Source: a virus (lineage: Duplodnaviria > Caudoviricetes). Taken from it: a DNA stretch of 64,000 nucleotides. The stretch lies in the IMG/VR virus record IMGVR_UViG_3300033463_000093, positions 8,099-72,098 of that record. One strand, written 5' to 3'. Position numbers and translations under genes: made by a program. The notes under the pieces were generated by a model. That model was given only the letters and a program-made list of their open reading frames with translations. It had not been told where the DNA came from and searched no databases. This document shows positions 55,201-64,000 of this stretch, in pieces; the stretch's first letter is position 1; every line of letters starts with the position of its first letter.

Positions 55201-55759
55201 CGACACATGGAAGAGTATAGCTCAGGATATTGTTAAGACTTTCATGAAAGTGACTGTGCTTGACAAATATTCAGACACCATGAAGGAGCTATTCAAAGCA
55301 TGGAGTCTCGGAGGGATGTCTGATAGCGATCTCGTCTCGGCTGTAAGTGCGATAGCAGGAGCAATAACGACGGATTTCCAGAACGCACTCCCTGTTGCAC
55401 AACAGCTTATCGAGATGGTAAACAGAGCGTTTGGAAGCCAAGGGTTTGATATTACCGGAAGCGATAGCGGCTCTTCCACAGGTTCCTCTATTAAGAGCAT
55501 AACAGAAGGAACGGCGGATTTGTTGGCTGGTTATATTAATGCCATCAGGGCAGACGTTGGTATGAATCGTATCATGATAGCACAGTACTATCCGCAGTTT
55601 ATGAATGCCATGACCCAGGGAAACATAATAGCAGACGCACAACTTGCTCAGCTGAGGATGGTAGTACAGAACACCGGAAGGAATGCAGGCTTGGTAGAGC
55701 AGATATACGATCTGTTACATCGTGTGGCCCCAGACGGCACCAAATGGAATGTCAGATAG
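49220..55759 (+). CDS. tape measure protein
   Basis: 2179 aa helical protein; 'LILAYGQV.....L.GQELRQFTEAGIP' motif. Confidence 0.95.
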   Translation: MAAADKLWLELGVRDEISDVLKNLMIGAEKLADALSDDSAELKNIYRNIMDVANVYDKIYIAQKRISSLKGVSLSAEEKKGLRDMTKDLEKIRKQFEQILNDPNRLMESGEAHFDKMRTNVDLMVKSTLRYVDNIEAKEAAEAKNAANEERRIDSLKDKLYELQRYRKQLSDAIANAAPGTNLADATSLINGLSSRISAVRSAERNGKGLPASASGADYEEFIKRVTGEVRSLTSATNDYDKTLKENERLQRSINKIYLDTQSEKNIAGIRRQTNEYTALGKKLGELAKLMAELKKEESGIKKGLITEPTYTSDKISERLNEIDRTYKEDLAIVRQMEKDDADAKNKKAAAARRASDAIQALSHMNSNLISSYNRVAEAGSRANNITIQLQHQLAGYAGLYGIERILKSVITIGGQFEFQHVALQNILGDMQQANTLFRQLQDMAVESPKTFMELTGYTKQLSAYQIPYEELYDTTKRLADISTGLGVDMSRLILAYGQVRSAAVLRGQELRQFTEAGIPLVQKLAEKFTQLNGKVVTTGEVFSLISKRAVPFKMVKEILWDMTNEGGQFADMQSKLADTLYGKYQKLQDTWQIMLGRIADGNGMMGKFLKGSIEGVVQLVNVLNTVAPLILAPFIGKGIDSAKKGAKGLIGNITGETAVRNMEIAKLKQANALEKERILNGRQLTQIEQDIVRQKNVLTSNELRLLLLEDQITERQLAQMANSGKINKFAAARLLLEQGYTKEQIRQIQLGKYEILKGDSFIKKSAKGVWNFMGGWIGAGMLALGAYASLAQRVDEQVERARQTSEAASNDMLSDFRQVNDLYNEVSKKGPGSTDEMTSSIQRMTFALKQSGSYTKELNEMLEGTDDIREKYTLLYQELQKVSDEYLRMKENVQAYLEAANRVGEGNWFTKFFNDNMNEDIKNWGDANIAKNVAKKGVDRYSAAVKLQLELFYKNIGKWNEKEMADLDWQSLFDKLSDQERTFFKNFLDAGRKSDFDTAVYESVKKYTSAIDKLKEQEEEVDSQMQEYADTIEVALGETLSKRGLDLKDMPKWEDEDLKKFRDAINDVVNSYDLDSETKQRFKDKLYGKLLDENLIIRIKALPEYKEEELSEWQRGVNEYFESNKINIVVDAQSSLESVEKELQNKHEEFQNQMDRSGKILVSFGFDLSNLPNDIEEGIGMLRPEYQGLVRHAFAEFIEGKTGTEKTTQAGKDLGISVVKKNKGSSSGGSKKDKKLDEIKEAYELYKKFFSELENARSIYGSDAMGWLKENGFSEVFGWKGITDLTNYGQTVRELTKDFKANTDERKKFVNSIDADIVTQKRKEETEATMEYVEELQKMMNIMSESYNTYKKWYELTGDENLAARIAGVAENTTYSTYLRDQMQKQLTKTKYAVSPEDVFGMKEAEVKKLFGEKSAIASYWKAWQDNEKVLKKEELDRYEEAIKSSKSYEDKIDDINRKLKEQIASVEKLARSDEERIRLTEHLTENAEKDISKIKWEQFKDQYNWGEVFGDLGNVPLRQLKKLVSAMRELSKTTSLSATEAKAFQEGMSKVVNQQAILDPLTGINSALSNYTAARKEIARLEGLREGVRRGYSQYTSQFKDEDALDKAIENVRKTMNTALSDLQKAIKALANNINTLGTALKNIGNSVGGPLGDVFNGIGSIFGGLGNSISAISNIDLNAQGISAIASKAGAVATVVSAMIDMNKQLSKLLPDSYDQYQKYAEKAREVNKLREAVDDYTVSVANAKVAESQWFAGNSLSKLQAEGEKAKDTLKSYYKELYEAQEAYQEKGAGISKAILPATIAAAVVAGLFTFGAGSALVVSIGTALASALGSAALGAAVTAAIAAGVGSAIGQIIQSAVSGITYKDGQVDARSNMKIQTQHSSFWRGEKTQNLEEWAREQLHAELFDDEGLVNLEAAEQILEKYGNKLVGDTEETLKRLVALRKEYDEFIRNIEEYVGEIGTSLSDNMTNAMWDWLTSGKDALDSFKEYANDTWKSIAQDIVKTFMKVTVLDKYSDTMKELFKAWSLGGMSDSDLVSAVSAIAGAITTDFQNALPVAQQLIEMVNRAFGSQGFDITGSDSGSSTGSSIKSITEGTADLLAGYINAIRADVGMNRIMIAQYYPQFMNAMTQGNIIADAQLAQLRMVVQNTGRNAGLVEQIYDLLHRVAPDGTKWNVR

Positions 55760-55762
55760 AAA

Positions 55763-55792
55763 AGAGCAGGGAAACAACCCTGCTCTATTTTT
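55763..55792. terminator. bidirectional intrinsic terminator
   Basis: AGAGCAGGG-AAACAA-CCCTGCTCT flanked by A and T runs between convergent genes. Confidence 0.75.
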
Positions 55793-56279
55793 TGTATTTC
55801 AAACAAACACACATTTTATAGTCTTTTATCTCTCCAGAAGGAAACCTCACGGGAAGTATTAATTCACATACGCTTCTTCCATGACTTTTTATGCTGCTGT
55901 CAAAAAATAATGGAGTAGATTCTGTAAAATATTCTCTCTCTGCAATTTGCTTTGTTGCCACTGATCCAGCATGAACCACTTCTTCAGGCTTTGGGTTTCC
56001 ATAAGTAAAAGCGTTATCTGTATAGAACGAGATGTTGCCGTCACTTATCCTTGCATTCTCCCACTCTATTGTAATACGTTCTGACGTCTTATTCCTCACG
56101 GTTACTTTTAGAAATTTATATCTGATAGGACTCCATTCAAAATCAAGACGCACACACTCGTCCTCAAAAAACGGACCACCTGTACTCACGTTGCCTAATG
56201 AGCAATATAGCTCATACTCTTTTGGCTGTGCAGCCATTGGCAGCAGAACCATAATTATAAAAAAAAGGAGTTTCTTCAT
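55785..56279 (-). CDS. exported protein, moron-like insertion
   Basis: signal peptide MKKLLFFIIMVLLPMAA; antisense to tail operon; AT-rich; own TAACTTTG box at 56379-56386. Confidence 0.75.
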   Translation of the reverse strand: MKKLLFFIIMVLLPMAAQPKEYELYCSLGNVSTGGPFFEDECVRLDFEWSPIRYKFLKVTVRNKTSERITIEWENARISDGNISFYTDNAFTYGNPKPEEVVHAGSVATKQIAEREYFTESTPLFFDSSIKSHGRSVCELILPVRFPSGEIKDYKMCVCLKYKK

Positions 56280-56507
56280 ATTCTTCGTCTTGGATTAAAA
56301 AAGGGGCGGTCAAATCCGCTGAGAAATACCGCCCCCACATTATTCACAACTAAAAGTAGGATTACTACTTTAGTCTCGCAAAGTTACGAAATTGGACCGA
56401 TTTTAGCAAGTTTTATGCAGAATATTTTTCATTTTTGCATAATTATTCATAAATTTTGTATGAATATACAATTTTTATTCGTATCTTTGTGCCAAAATAG
56501 TTTGAAC

Positions 56508-57020
56508 ATGAACGAGCATTTCTATCTACAGAAGATGGGCAGCGGGCAGGCTGTATGGGACAGCGTCAGCAAATGGGGCGTCTATTGCAGGGAGATCCCG
56601 TTCAAGCTGCTTGACAAGGTGAAGGCTCCTGCGAAGCGCACCTGGAACGACGAGCACGGCGATGACGAGTACATCGACGAGACTAACGGCCTGTACGTTG
56701 AAGGGTACACGATGAAGCTCGAGCTTGGCTGCAAGGCACAGGACACCGTAGTGAGCAACGTGGTGGTACGCACGGCGAAGGAGAACGTCAGGGACAACGT
56801 AAGGGCCTTCCTGAAATATCTCCGTGAGAGCGGCATGATGAACATTTACTTCACATACACGAAGACAGGCAGGCGTTATGTCCGTCTGGATTCCGTCGGA
56901 GACAATGCCACATGGAAGCAGGGAGACGAGGGCTGGTGGTTCCTGATCTTCGAGGTGACCCTGAAGGTGAACGACCCTGTTACGGACGTGACGCTGACAC
57001 CGTCTTCCACGTCAAGTTAA
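56508..57020 (+). CDS. distal tail (Dit-like) protein
   Basis: start re-called at MNEHFYLQ; TATCTTTG promoter box at 56482; synteny after TMP. Confidence 0.7.
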   Translation: MNEHFYLQKMGSGQAVWDSVSKWGVYCREIPFKLLDKVKAPAKRTWNDEHGDDEYIDETNGLYVEGYTMKLELGCKAQDTVVSNVVVRTAKENVRDNVRAFLKYLRESGMMNIYFTYTKTGRRYVRLDSVGDNATWKQGDEGWWFLIFEVTLKVNDPVTDVTLTPSSTSS

Positions 57021-57040
57021 GGATATAAAAGCGTTAAGAG

Positions 57041-60000
57041 ATGAGCGAGTGGACGATATATAACCAAGGAGGTTCGGTGACGAGGTGCAAGGTTAAGGAC
57101 CTTGAGTACCACGGCGAGTGGATGGAGGACGTGTATGTCAGCGTGAAGGTGACGAGTGCAGAGCCCGTGGAGTTTGCCGTCGGCGACTACCTCATGTACC
57201 GTGGCGAGATGTTTGAGATCAACTACGACCCGAACGTCATCAAGAAGGCACGCAGCGGCAGCTATGGCGAGGGATTCACCTACGACAACGTGAGGCTGTA
57301 CTCCTCGCAGGCGAAGCTGAAGGACGTGAGCTTCAAGGACTATGTGCTGAACTGGAACTCTCAGGCGAACACGGAGATGTATTCCTCGCAGGGCATCTTC
57401 CAGTTCTTCTGCGCCTCGATAGAGGATCTCGCAGACCGCATACAGGCGAACCTCGACCGCTACTCCCCGAACACATGGAATGTCTACACTCCCGATGCGG
57501 GAGACCCGAACCACGGAAGGAACGCACAGCGCCATGACGGCTCCTCATGGGGGACGTACTACACATATCCCCCGATGAGCGAGGGGAAGACCGACGTGTA
57601 CCTGAGCGTGGAGAACCTGTCGTGCTGGGATGCGCTGAAGCTGGCCTACACGAGCTTCGACCTCTCGTTCTACGTCAACGGCCACGACATCGTCATCGGC
57701 GGCAAGGCCATCGCCGCGGACTACGAGTTCGAGTACGGCAAGGGTCACGGCCTGTATGAGCTGGAGCGTACGACGGACGACTCCGAGAAGGTCGTCACGA
57801 AGCTCTATGCCTACGGCTCTGAGAAGAACCTGCCGACGAACTACTACGCCTCTCTGCACAAGAAGGCATACGTCACGGGTCAGAAGTTCGTCTGGCACAT
57901 CATAGATGGTCAGCCCATCTACAGCTTCCTTACCGACAAGACGAAAGCCGCAATGGCCGGCATGATCACCGAGGACAAGGACGTGACCATCAGCGACGGC
58001 AACGGCAACAGCATCAACGGCTGGTTCGACTACCGCTACGGCGTGACGGGATTGCAGCCTGACGGCACAGGATGGGAGATAGACTATGACAGCGAGCAGT
58101 ATCTGAGGCTGAACATCGACGACAACGATCCGGGCGCACAGGCTTTCTTCGACGCCTACACCAACGGCGACCCGCTCTATGTCAGCGGCGTGAACAAGAA
58201 CGCATGGCCGTCGGAGTGGATTGACGATGAGTCGTCGAGCTACCCGAACTACCCCACCCTGCTACAGATCAACAAGCTGATGCTTCCGGGCTTCCCCGAC
58301 ATGTCGCTCTTCGCATGGGTGGCTGCACACGGCGCCACGAACATCAACTACCTGACGCACAAGGCCACATGGCACGGCTATACCGCCTATTTCTCCGACG
58401 TGATAACAGACCCGTGGATCATGTCCGCAAAAGCCGATGCCGTTGGTGTCCGCGAGGGCTCGGTGACCTTCGATGCTGAGGATAACGAGATCTACCCGAC
58501 CATCGAGGGGACAGGCTTCGACGAGGTGGCATGGGCAGAGCAGATAGAGGACAACGGCTACCTGACGGGCGACAACACCGACAAGAGCGAGTTCAGCCTG
58601 ATGCCCGCCGTGGTGAACGACAGTGACGGCGGCATAGAGTGGAACTACAGCGGCGAGGGCGAGAGCGTGAGCATCTCCATGAAGGACGGCTACTGCACGG
58701 GCAGGGAATTCAACGTGAAGAGCGCAAAGAAGAACGACGACGGCCTGTGGGTTCTGACGCTCGAGAGACAGCAGGATTCCTCTCTCGGAGGCATCTACTT
58801 CCCCTATCAGCACGGAGACACGAACATGTACCAGATATGGGGACGCGGCAACCATCAGGGTCAGGCTCCCGGCGACCACTTCGTCGTCCTTGGCATCCCC
58901 ATGCCGCAGGGTATCGTGGAGGCCGCATCCGTCAAGCTGCTTGAGGAAGCCCTGAAGCACCTCGCCAGCGTCGACCATCAGAAGTTCACGTTCCTCCCGA
59001 GGATTGACGAGATAGAGATGGCGCGTCAGCACGACTACGCCACCGAGCACCATACGACATCTGTGCATGACACCATCAAGGCGGGCATGCAGATGCAGAT
59101 AGACGACGATGACCTTGACATACACTACACTCCGTTCATCGACAACATCACCATCAAGGAGAACGGCAACAACGGCATCCCGACCTATGACGTGGTGCTG
59201 CGCGACGAGAAGGAGATGACGCTTCAGGAGAAGATCCAGAGTCAGGTGGAGGGCGGCAAGGATGCCGTCCTGAACCTCGTTGGCGGCAACCTCGGCGGTC
59301 TCGGTGCGAACGAGTTCCTGTCGAAGAGGAACGACGACACGGCACGCGGCTTCATCCGCATGATGAAGGGCTTGCAGGTTGGAGAGCGCTTCACTCCCGG
59401 TCTTCTCGGCGAGGGCGGCGTGTTCCGCAAGGAGGCTGACGGCACGACATACATAGAGGCCGACAAGATATATATCCGCATGAAGGCTTACTTCGACTCC
59501 GTGGAGTTCAGGAAGTTCACCCACTCTGGCGGCAACCGCATCGCCTCTCCCGCAGGCGGCAAGTGCGCAAGGGTTACCTACCTCTCCGTGTATGACGGCG
59601 GCCTCGTGCCTGTTGACGAGAACGGAACGTACACCTACAAGGACGCACAGGGTATCGAGCATACCGTGACGGGTCTCGGTGTCATGTGGATACGCTGCTA
59701 CTTCCGTGCTGAGGAGGATGGCGTAGAGGTCAAGAACGAATGGGAGGTCGGCGACCAGGCATACTGCAAGGTCACCAACGAGGACACGCTGAACCAGCAC
59801 GGCTACTGGCGTCTCGTGGTGCGCACGAACGTGGCCAACGACAACGGCAGGCTGAGTGAGAACGGCGAGTACTGGATAGACCTGTCGAACTGCGTGCAGG
59901 ACAAGCTCACGCCTACGGGCAGGGCATACGCAGGCTACAGTGCCGACAGCGACCTGCCGAAGGCTCAGGACGACATCGTGCAGCTCGGAAACGTCAACGA

Positions 60001-63000
60001 TTCGGAGAGGCGCGGAGCCATCATCGAATACACCACGGGAGGAGACAGTCCGTCCTATCAGATATTCCAAGAGCTCGGCAAGCCCGCCGCTTCCGGTTCT
60101 TCGACGGAGGTGCTCCGTGCGGCGCAGTTCACCTTTACGAACAAGAACTACATATCCCTCGGCTACAGCACACAGAACGGCCGTGCCTACATGAACGTGT
60201 ACGGCGACTTCTACTTCGGTGACCCGTCGAACAATCCGTCATCGTATGTCAGGTACAACCAGCAGACGAAGGTTCTCGACGTGAAGGCAAGGGTGATCTT
60301 CCGCAATCCGTCGAGTTCGTCAGAGGACATGACGCTTGAGGAGTTTGCCAATGTGGTTGTCGCAGACATAGAGGACTTGCAGAGTCAGATAGACGGCGAG
60401 ATAGACACATGGTTCTACGAAGGTCAGCCTACGCTACAGAACGAGCCTGCCGTCAACTGGACTACCGATGGCCTCAAGGAGCAGCATGTCGGCGACCTGT
60501 ACTACGATGTAGGCAGCGGTGCTACCGCAGGCTTTGCATACCGCTTTGTCAGGAGTCAGTCAGAGCCTTACACCTACTCATGGCAGTACATCGACGATAC
60601 GGCCATCACGGAGGCGCTGCGCCAAGCCGCAAAGGCACAGGATACCGCAGACCACAAGCGCAGGGTGTTTGTCAGGCAGCCGGCTCCCATCAGCCCGAAG
60701 ACCTATGTGGAGTATGACGAGGGCGACCTCTGGGTGAATGCCGTCTATCCTGCCAACTATGTCGGTCCGACCGACGAGTCTCAGCACAGATACAACAACG
60801 ATGAGCTTGTGTGTATCACTGCAAAGCCGATAAGGAACGCACAGGGTGAGGTTACGGACGGCACCTTCAGCATCAACGACTGGCAGCTCGCAACAAAGTA
60901 CACCGATGACAGTGCCTTTGAGGACTTTGTGACCAACACCTATGCCTCAGACAAGACCAATCTTCAGCAGCAGATCGACGGCAAGGCAGAGACGTGGTAT
61001 CAGGATGCTGACCCGTCTCTCTCATGGACTACCGACGATGACAAGCGCAAGCATATCGGAGACCTGTGGTGCGACACCTCTGCCAACGGTGGAAACAACA
61101 CATATATATGGAAGGATTACGGTGCTGGCGCACAGACTCGCTATGCATGGTCTGCGCAGCCCGTTCCGACAGAGGTCTTTGACCAGATAGACGGAAAGTC
61201 TGCCGTCTACACGAACACCTTTGCCGTACACCCTGTGAACTACATGGCAAACGACCTGTGGATACTCCCTGCTGACATGACTGTCAACGGCGTCCTCTAC
61301 AAGCGCGGTGAGGTGCTGACGGCAAAGGTAGACTATTCAGGACTCACATGGCAGACGGATTGGGAGAAAAAGGTGTGCTATACCGACGACAGCTCGCTTA
61401 ACACCTTCCTTAACGACACCTACGCATCTGACGTAGCCAACTTGCAGTCCCAGATAGACGGAAAGGCGGAGACATGGTATCAGGACACCAACCCGGCCGC
61501 AGCGTGGACGACTCCTGAGCTGAGGGCAGCCCACGTCGGTGACCTCTGGCATAACAGCGCAAGCGTCTCTGTCGCAGGCGTACAGGCAGGAATGGACGTG
61601 ATGTGGAACGGCTCTGGATGGATTGCCTCTACCGTTCCGCAGGAGGTCTATGACATGGTGGACGGCAAGTCAAGCATCTACGTTACAAAGCCCACAACCT
61701 ATGAGGCCAACGACATCTGGATCATCGAGAGCAACATATCGTCTTCAGACCTTCCCAATGGCTGTGAGGCCGGTGACATCGTCGTTGCGTGCAACATGCC
61801 GTCTGGCGTGGTAAAGCGCAATAACAGCTATGTGAAGACCGACTGGCAGAAGAAGGACAGGTACACCGACGACTCGCAGTTCAACGGATATATCAACGCC
61901 GTACTGAACGGCACGGGATCGAGCGGGAACGCTGCCATCGTGGCTGCTGCACAGAAGGCCATCAACGGCGCACTTGACGGTGTGACCGTCCCTGTCGGCG
62001 GTCTGCTGCTCACGTCTATGATAGCCCTCCGCAAGTACAAGGGTACAGGCAGCACTGACGACCTTGCAAACTATAACACATGGTCTGGCATCAGCGGAAT
62101 GTACGACGACACCCCGGAGGCACAGGGTGGCGCAAAGGGTCATGGCATCGCAGCATGGTACGGCGGTCCTATGGTAGACATAGAGGTTGACACGACGGCT
62201 ACGAGCTATGCACGCTCCCTGTTCCGCTTCGACGGATCAGGCTATGTGGCAAGCGGCAACATCTCATGGGACAAGGACGGTACTCCGTCCATCAAGGGCA
62301 ACGTCGTGGACACCACCACCCTGAAGATTAACGGCACGACTGTAGACCTTAACGACTATCTCCCGAAGGCAGCTGGCAGCGGTAACGCTCTTACTGGTGA
62401 CCTGTATGCGCATTCGATAGTCCCGAGCGTTACCAACTCATACGTCCTCGGAAGTCAAGCCTTGTGGTGGAACAAGCTGTTCGTCAACAGAATCTATTTG
62501 TACAAGCCAAATCCCAACAACGACACGGGAGCGGTCTACATCGAGTACAACACCACGTCTGGCAGCGAGGGCGTACATCTTGTAGGAGCTGGTTTCTATT
62601 CCGACAGCTACATCAGTGCCTTGGGCAACAGTGGTACAAGCGGTGGCGGCGGCGGTGCTACGGCACTCTCGCAGCTTGTGGACGTGAGTCTGAGCAATCC
62701 GTCGGCTGGCCAGTTCCTTGTGTATCGAAACGCCCATTGGACGAACGAGAGCATTTCAAGCCTTAGCCTTACATCGTTGTCAGCGGGTTCTGCTACCATC
62801 AGCAGCACGTTGAACGCCTATTCTGTGGTGGCTGGAAGTTCTGTTTCGTCACCGACGTATTCTGCCACGGCTGGCGGCTATTCGGTGAGCGGCAAGGATA
62901 ACACTTACGTTTTATTGGCAGGTGGCGGCACGAAGCTGCTGAGTGAAATCGGCGGCGGCAGCGTGAGCGGCATCAAGATTGGTACGGGCACGACGGAGTA

Positions 63001-64000
63001 CACGCCTGATGCGAACGGCATTGTGACATTGCCTGCGTACCCAAGCGGATATATCACAAGCATCTCGGTAAACGGTGGAACGCCTATTACACCAACAAGC
63101 GGAGTGGTGGGCATCAGCGGCCTCGCTGCGACGGTGAAGGTAGGCAGCACATCGTATGCTGCTTCTTCGGCAGGAGTCGTGGAGCTTCCTGCCTATCCGA
63201 GCGACACGAAGAACACGGCAGGTTCAACAGCTTTGAACGCTACAAAGCTATTTATAATTGGTGCAAACTCGCAAGCCGCAAATCCGCAGACGTATTCAAA
63301 CACCAACTGCTATATCGGAACTGACAACTGTTTGTATAGTGGAGGTTCAAAGGTTTTGACGGGCATCACAAGTTCGGACGTAACAACGGCACTTGGTTAT
63401 ACTCCACCAGCCACATCGGACTTGAACAACTATCTTCCAACAAGTGGTGGCACACTTTCCAATTCAGCATACGGCAGTCAGCTTACGATAAAGAGAAACA
63501 ATGGTAATAAAAATGCTGTTATAAAGTTTGAAAATGTCACAAACGGATTTTTGGGTTATTTGGGAATAACTGGTGGTTCTGACTCGTTGGGTGCTGGTGT
63601 TCCAGTTTTTAATAATGGTACAAACAACTACACTATTCTCCATTCTGGTAACGTCGGAACGATGGGTTATCTGCCGTTAGGTGGCGGCAACATGAGCGGC
63701 AACATTACCTTTAACAATGATAAAGGTATCTTAGTTAAGGACACCAACGGTAACGATATAAGTGTCGTCTATATCACCACAGGTAACAGATTGTATTTCG
63801 GTTATGGTCTTGTTACAAAGGCATACCAGACAAGGCTTTATGGAACGCCGATATTATTCTACACTTATAATGGGACTAATGTTATTGAAGGTATGCGTGT
63901 CGTATCAAGCGGCAGAGTTGGAATAGGTGGTGTCGGTTCTCCGTCTGAAGCACTTGAAGTAAATGGAAATATCAAGGCAAGCGGTGGTCTAAGTCTTGGA
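57041..64000 (+). CDS. giant tail-tip/baseplate-hub + fibre protein, >2320 aa, 3'-truncated by window (absent from ORF track)
   Basis: ATG at 57041 (MSEWTIYNQGG...); same frame reads open in spot checks at 59942 (ADSDLPKAQDDIVQLGN) and 63962 (NGNIKASGGLSLG); three QIDG.ETW repeats near 60385, 60971, 61452. Confidence 0.88.
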   Translation, partial: MSEWTIYNQGGSVTRCKVKDLEYHGEWMEDVYVSVKVTSAEPVEFAVGDYLMYRGEMFEINYDPNVIKKARSGSYGEGFTYDNVRLYSSQAKLKDVSFKDYVLNWNSQANTEMYSSQGIFQFFCASIEDLADRIQANLDRYSPNTWNVYTPDAGDPNHGRNAQRHDGSSWGTYYTYPPMSEGKTDVYLSVENLSCWDALKLAYTSFDLSFYVNGHDIVIGGKAIAADYEFEYGKGHGLYELERTTDDSEKVVTKLYAYGSEKNLPTNYYASLHKKAYVTGQKFVWHIIDGQPIYSFLTDKTKAAMAGMITEDKDVTISDGNGNSINGWFDYRYGVTGLQPDGTGWEIDYDSEQYLRLNIDDNDPGAQAFFDAYTNGDPLYVSGVNKNAWPSEWIDDESSSYPNYPTLLQINKLMLPGFPDMSLFAWVAAHGATNINYLTHKATWHGYTAYFSDVITDPWIMSAKADAVGVREGSVTFDAEDNEIYPTIEGTGFDEVAWAEQIEDNGYLTGDNTDKSEFSLMPAVVNDSDGGIEWNYSGEGESVSISMKDGYCTGREFNVKSAKKNDDGLWVLTLERQQDSSLGGIYFPYQHGDTNMYQIWGRGNHQGQAPGDHFVVLGIPMPQGIVEAASVKLLEEALKHLASVDHQKFTFLPRIDEIEMARQHDYATEHHTTSVHDTIKAGMQMQIDDDDLDIHYTPFIDNITIKENGNNGIPTYDVVLRDEKEMTLQEKIQSQVEGGKDAVLNLVGGNLGGLGANEFLSKRNDDTARGFIRMMKGLQVGERFTPGLLGEGGVFRKEADGTTYIEADKIYIRMKAYFDSVEFRKFTHSGGNRIASPAGGKCARVTYLSVYDGGLVPVDENGTYTYKDAQGIEHTVTGLGVMWIRCYFRAEEDGVEVKNEWEVGDQAYCKVTNEDTLNQHGYWRLVVRTNVANDNGRLSENGEYWIDLSNCVQDKLTPTGRAYAGYSADSDLPKAQDDIVQLGNVNDSERRGAIIEYTTGGDSPSYQIFQELGKPAASGSSTEVLRAAQFTFTNKNYISLGYSTQNGRAYMNVYGDFYFGDPSNNPSSYVRYNQQTKVLDVKARVIFRNPSSSSEDMTLEEFANVVVADIEDLQSQIDGEIDTWFYEGQPTLQNEPAVNWTTDGLKEQHVGDLYYDVGSGATAGFAYRFVRSQSEPYTYSWQYIDDTAITEALRQAAKAQDTADHKRRVFVRQPAPISPKTYVEYDEGDLWVNAVYPANYVGPTDESQHRYNNDELVCITAKPIRNAQGEVTDGTFSINDWQLATKYTDDSAFEDFVTNTYASDKTNLQQQIDGKAETWYQDADPSLSWTTDDDKRKHIGDLWCDTSANGGNNTYIWKDYGAGAQTRYAWSAQPVPTEVFDQIDGKSAVYTNTFAVHPVNYMANDLWILPADMTVNGVLYKRGEVLTAKVDYSGLTWQTDWEKKVCYTDDSSLNTFLNDTYASDVANLQSQIDGKAETWYQDTNPAAAWTTPELRAAHVGDLWHNSASVSVAGVQAGMDVMWNGSGWIASTVPQEVYDMVDGKSSIYVTKPTTYEANDIWIIESNISSSDLPNGCEAGDIVVACNMPSGVVKRNNSYVKTDWQKKDRYTDDSQFNGYINAVLNGTGSSGNAAIVAAAQKAINGALDGVTVPVGGLLLTSMIALRKYKGTGSTDDLANYNTWSGISGMYDDTPEAQGGAKGHGIAAWYGGPMVDIEVDTTATSYARSLFRFDGSGYVASGNISWDKDGTPSIKGNVVDTTTLKINGTTVDLNDYLPKAAGSGNALTGDLYAHSIVPSVTNSYVLGSQALWWNKLFVNRIYLYKPNPNNDTGAVYIEYNTTSGSEGVHLVGAGFYSDSYISALGNSGTSGGGGGATALSQLVDVSLSNPSAGQFLVYRNAHWTNESISSLSLTSLSAGSATISSTLNAYSVVAGSSVSSPTYSATAGGYSVSGKDNTYVLLAGGGTKLLSEIGGGSVSGIKIGTGTTEYTPDANGIVTLPAYPSGYITSISVNGGTPITPTSGVVGISGLAATVKVGSTSYAASSAGVVELPAYPSDTKNTAGSTALNATKLFIIGANSQAANPQTYSNTNCYIGTDNCLYSGGSKVLTGITSSDVTTALGYTPPATSDLNNYLPTSGGTLSNSAYGSQLTIKRNNGNKNAVIKFENVTNGFLGYLGITGGSDSLGAGVPVFNNGTNNYTILHSGNVGTMGYLPLGGGNMSGNITFNNDKGILVKDTNGNDISVVYITTGNRLYFGYGLVTKAYQTRLYGTPILFYTYNGTNVIEGMRVVSSGRVGIGGVGSPSEALEVNGNIKASGGLSLG

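Noticed and set aside
58262-60070. 602-aa minus-strand ORF
   Set aside because: Antisense shadow of the giant tail ORF.
57041-64000. Diversity-generating retroelement or invertible tail-fibre shufflon
   Set aside because: No reverse transcriptase, TR/VR pair or inverted fibre segments in the window. The three internal repeats are diverged protein repeats. One could still lie beyond the right edge.
1-64000. Lysis cassette and host-chromosome flank
   Set aside because: No holin/endolysin motifs and no housekeeping genes were recognised. They presumably lie outside the window.

Overview
The whole window is one temperate, siphovirus-type bacteriophage. Bacteroidetes-type TAnnTTTG promoters, SD-less AT-rich leaders and the gene families point to a Bacteroidales (Prevotella-like) host. 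No host genes are visible. Left to right it contains: (1) a leftward mosaic, replication and recombination operon (DnaC-like loader, initiator with internal 12-bp iterons, NinB, DUF3127, exonuclease, Sak3-like SSAP); (2) a structured non-coding stretch with a tRNA-like fold; (3) a Cro/CI switch, an integrase with a candidate attP, and a second tyrosine recombinase; (4) a ~12 kb leftward array of accessory genes, nearly all closed by the same 'TAGTCY + hairpin + TAACC leader' element; (5) an AT-rich divergent control region; (6) a rightward D5-helicase/PI-PLC/RuvC operon and a leftward 7-gene module of unknown function; (7) terL-portal-terS(?) transcribed away from the tRNA-Ala/scaffold/capsid/neck/tail operon; (8) the tape measure gene and a >2300-aa tail-tip/fibre ORF that runs off the right end and is absent from the ORF track. 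Two things stand out. The first is a probable virion O-glycosylation system: the capsid, a head accessory protein and the major tail protein all end in a Ser-rich '...SSSE' tag, and DUF4422-GT2 and Stealth transferase genes sit inside the tail operon. The second is the repeat-punctuated gene-cassette array next to an orphan tyrosine recombinase. All family assignments come from motif recognition by eye; no database searches were run.
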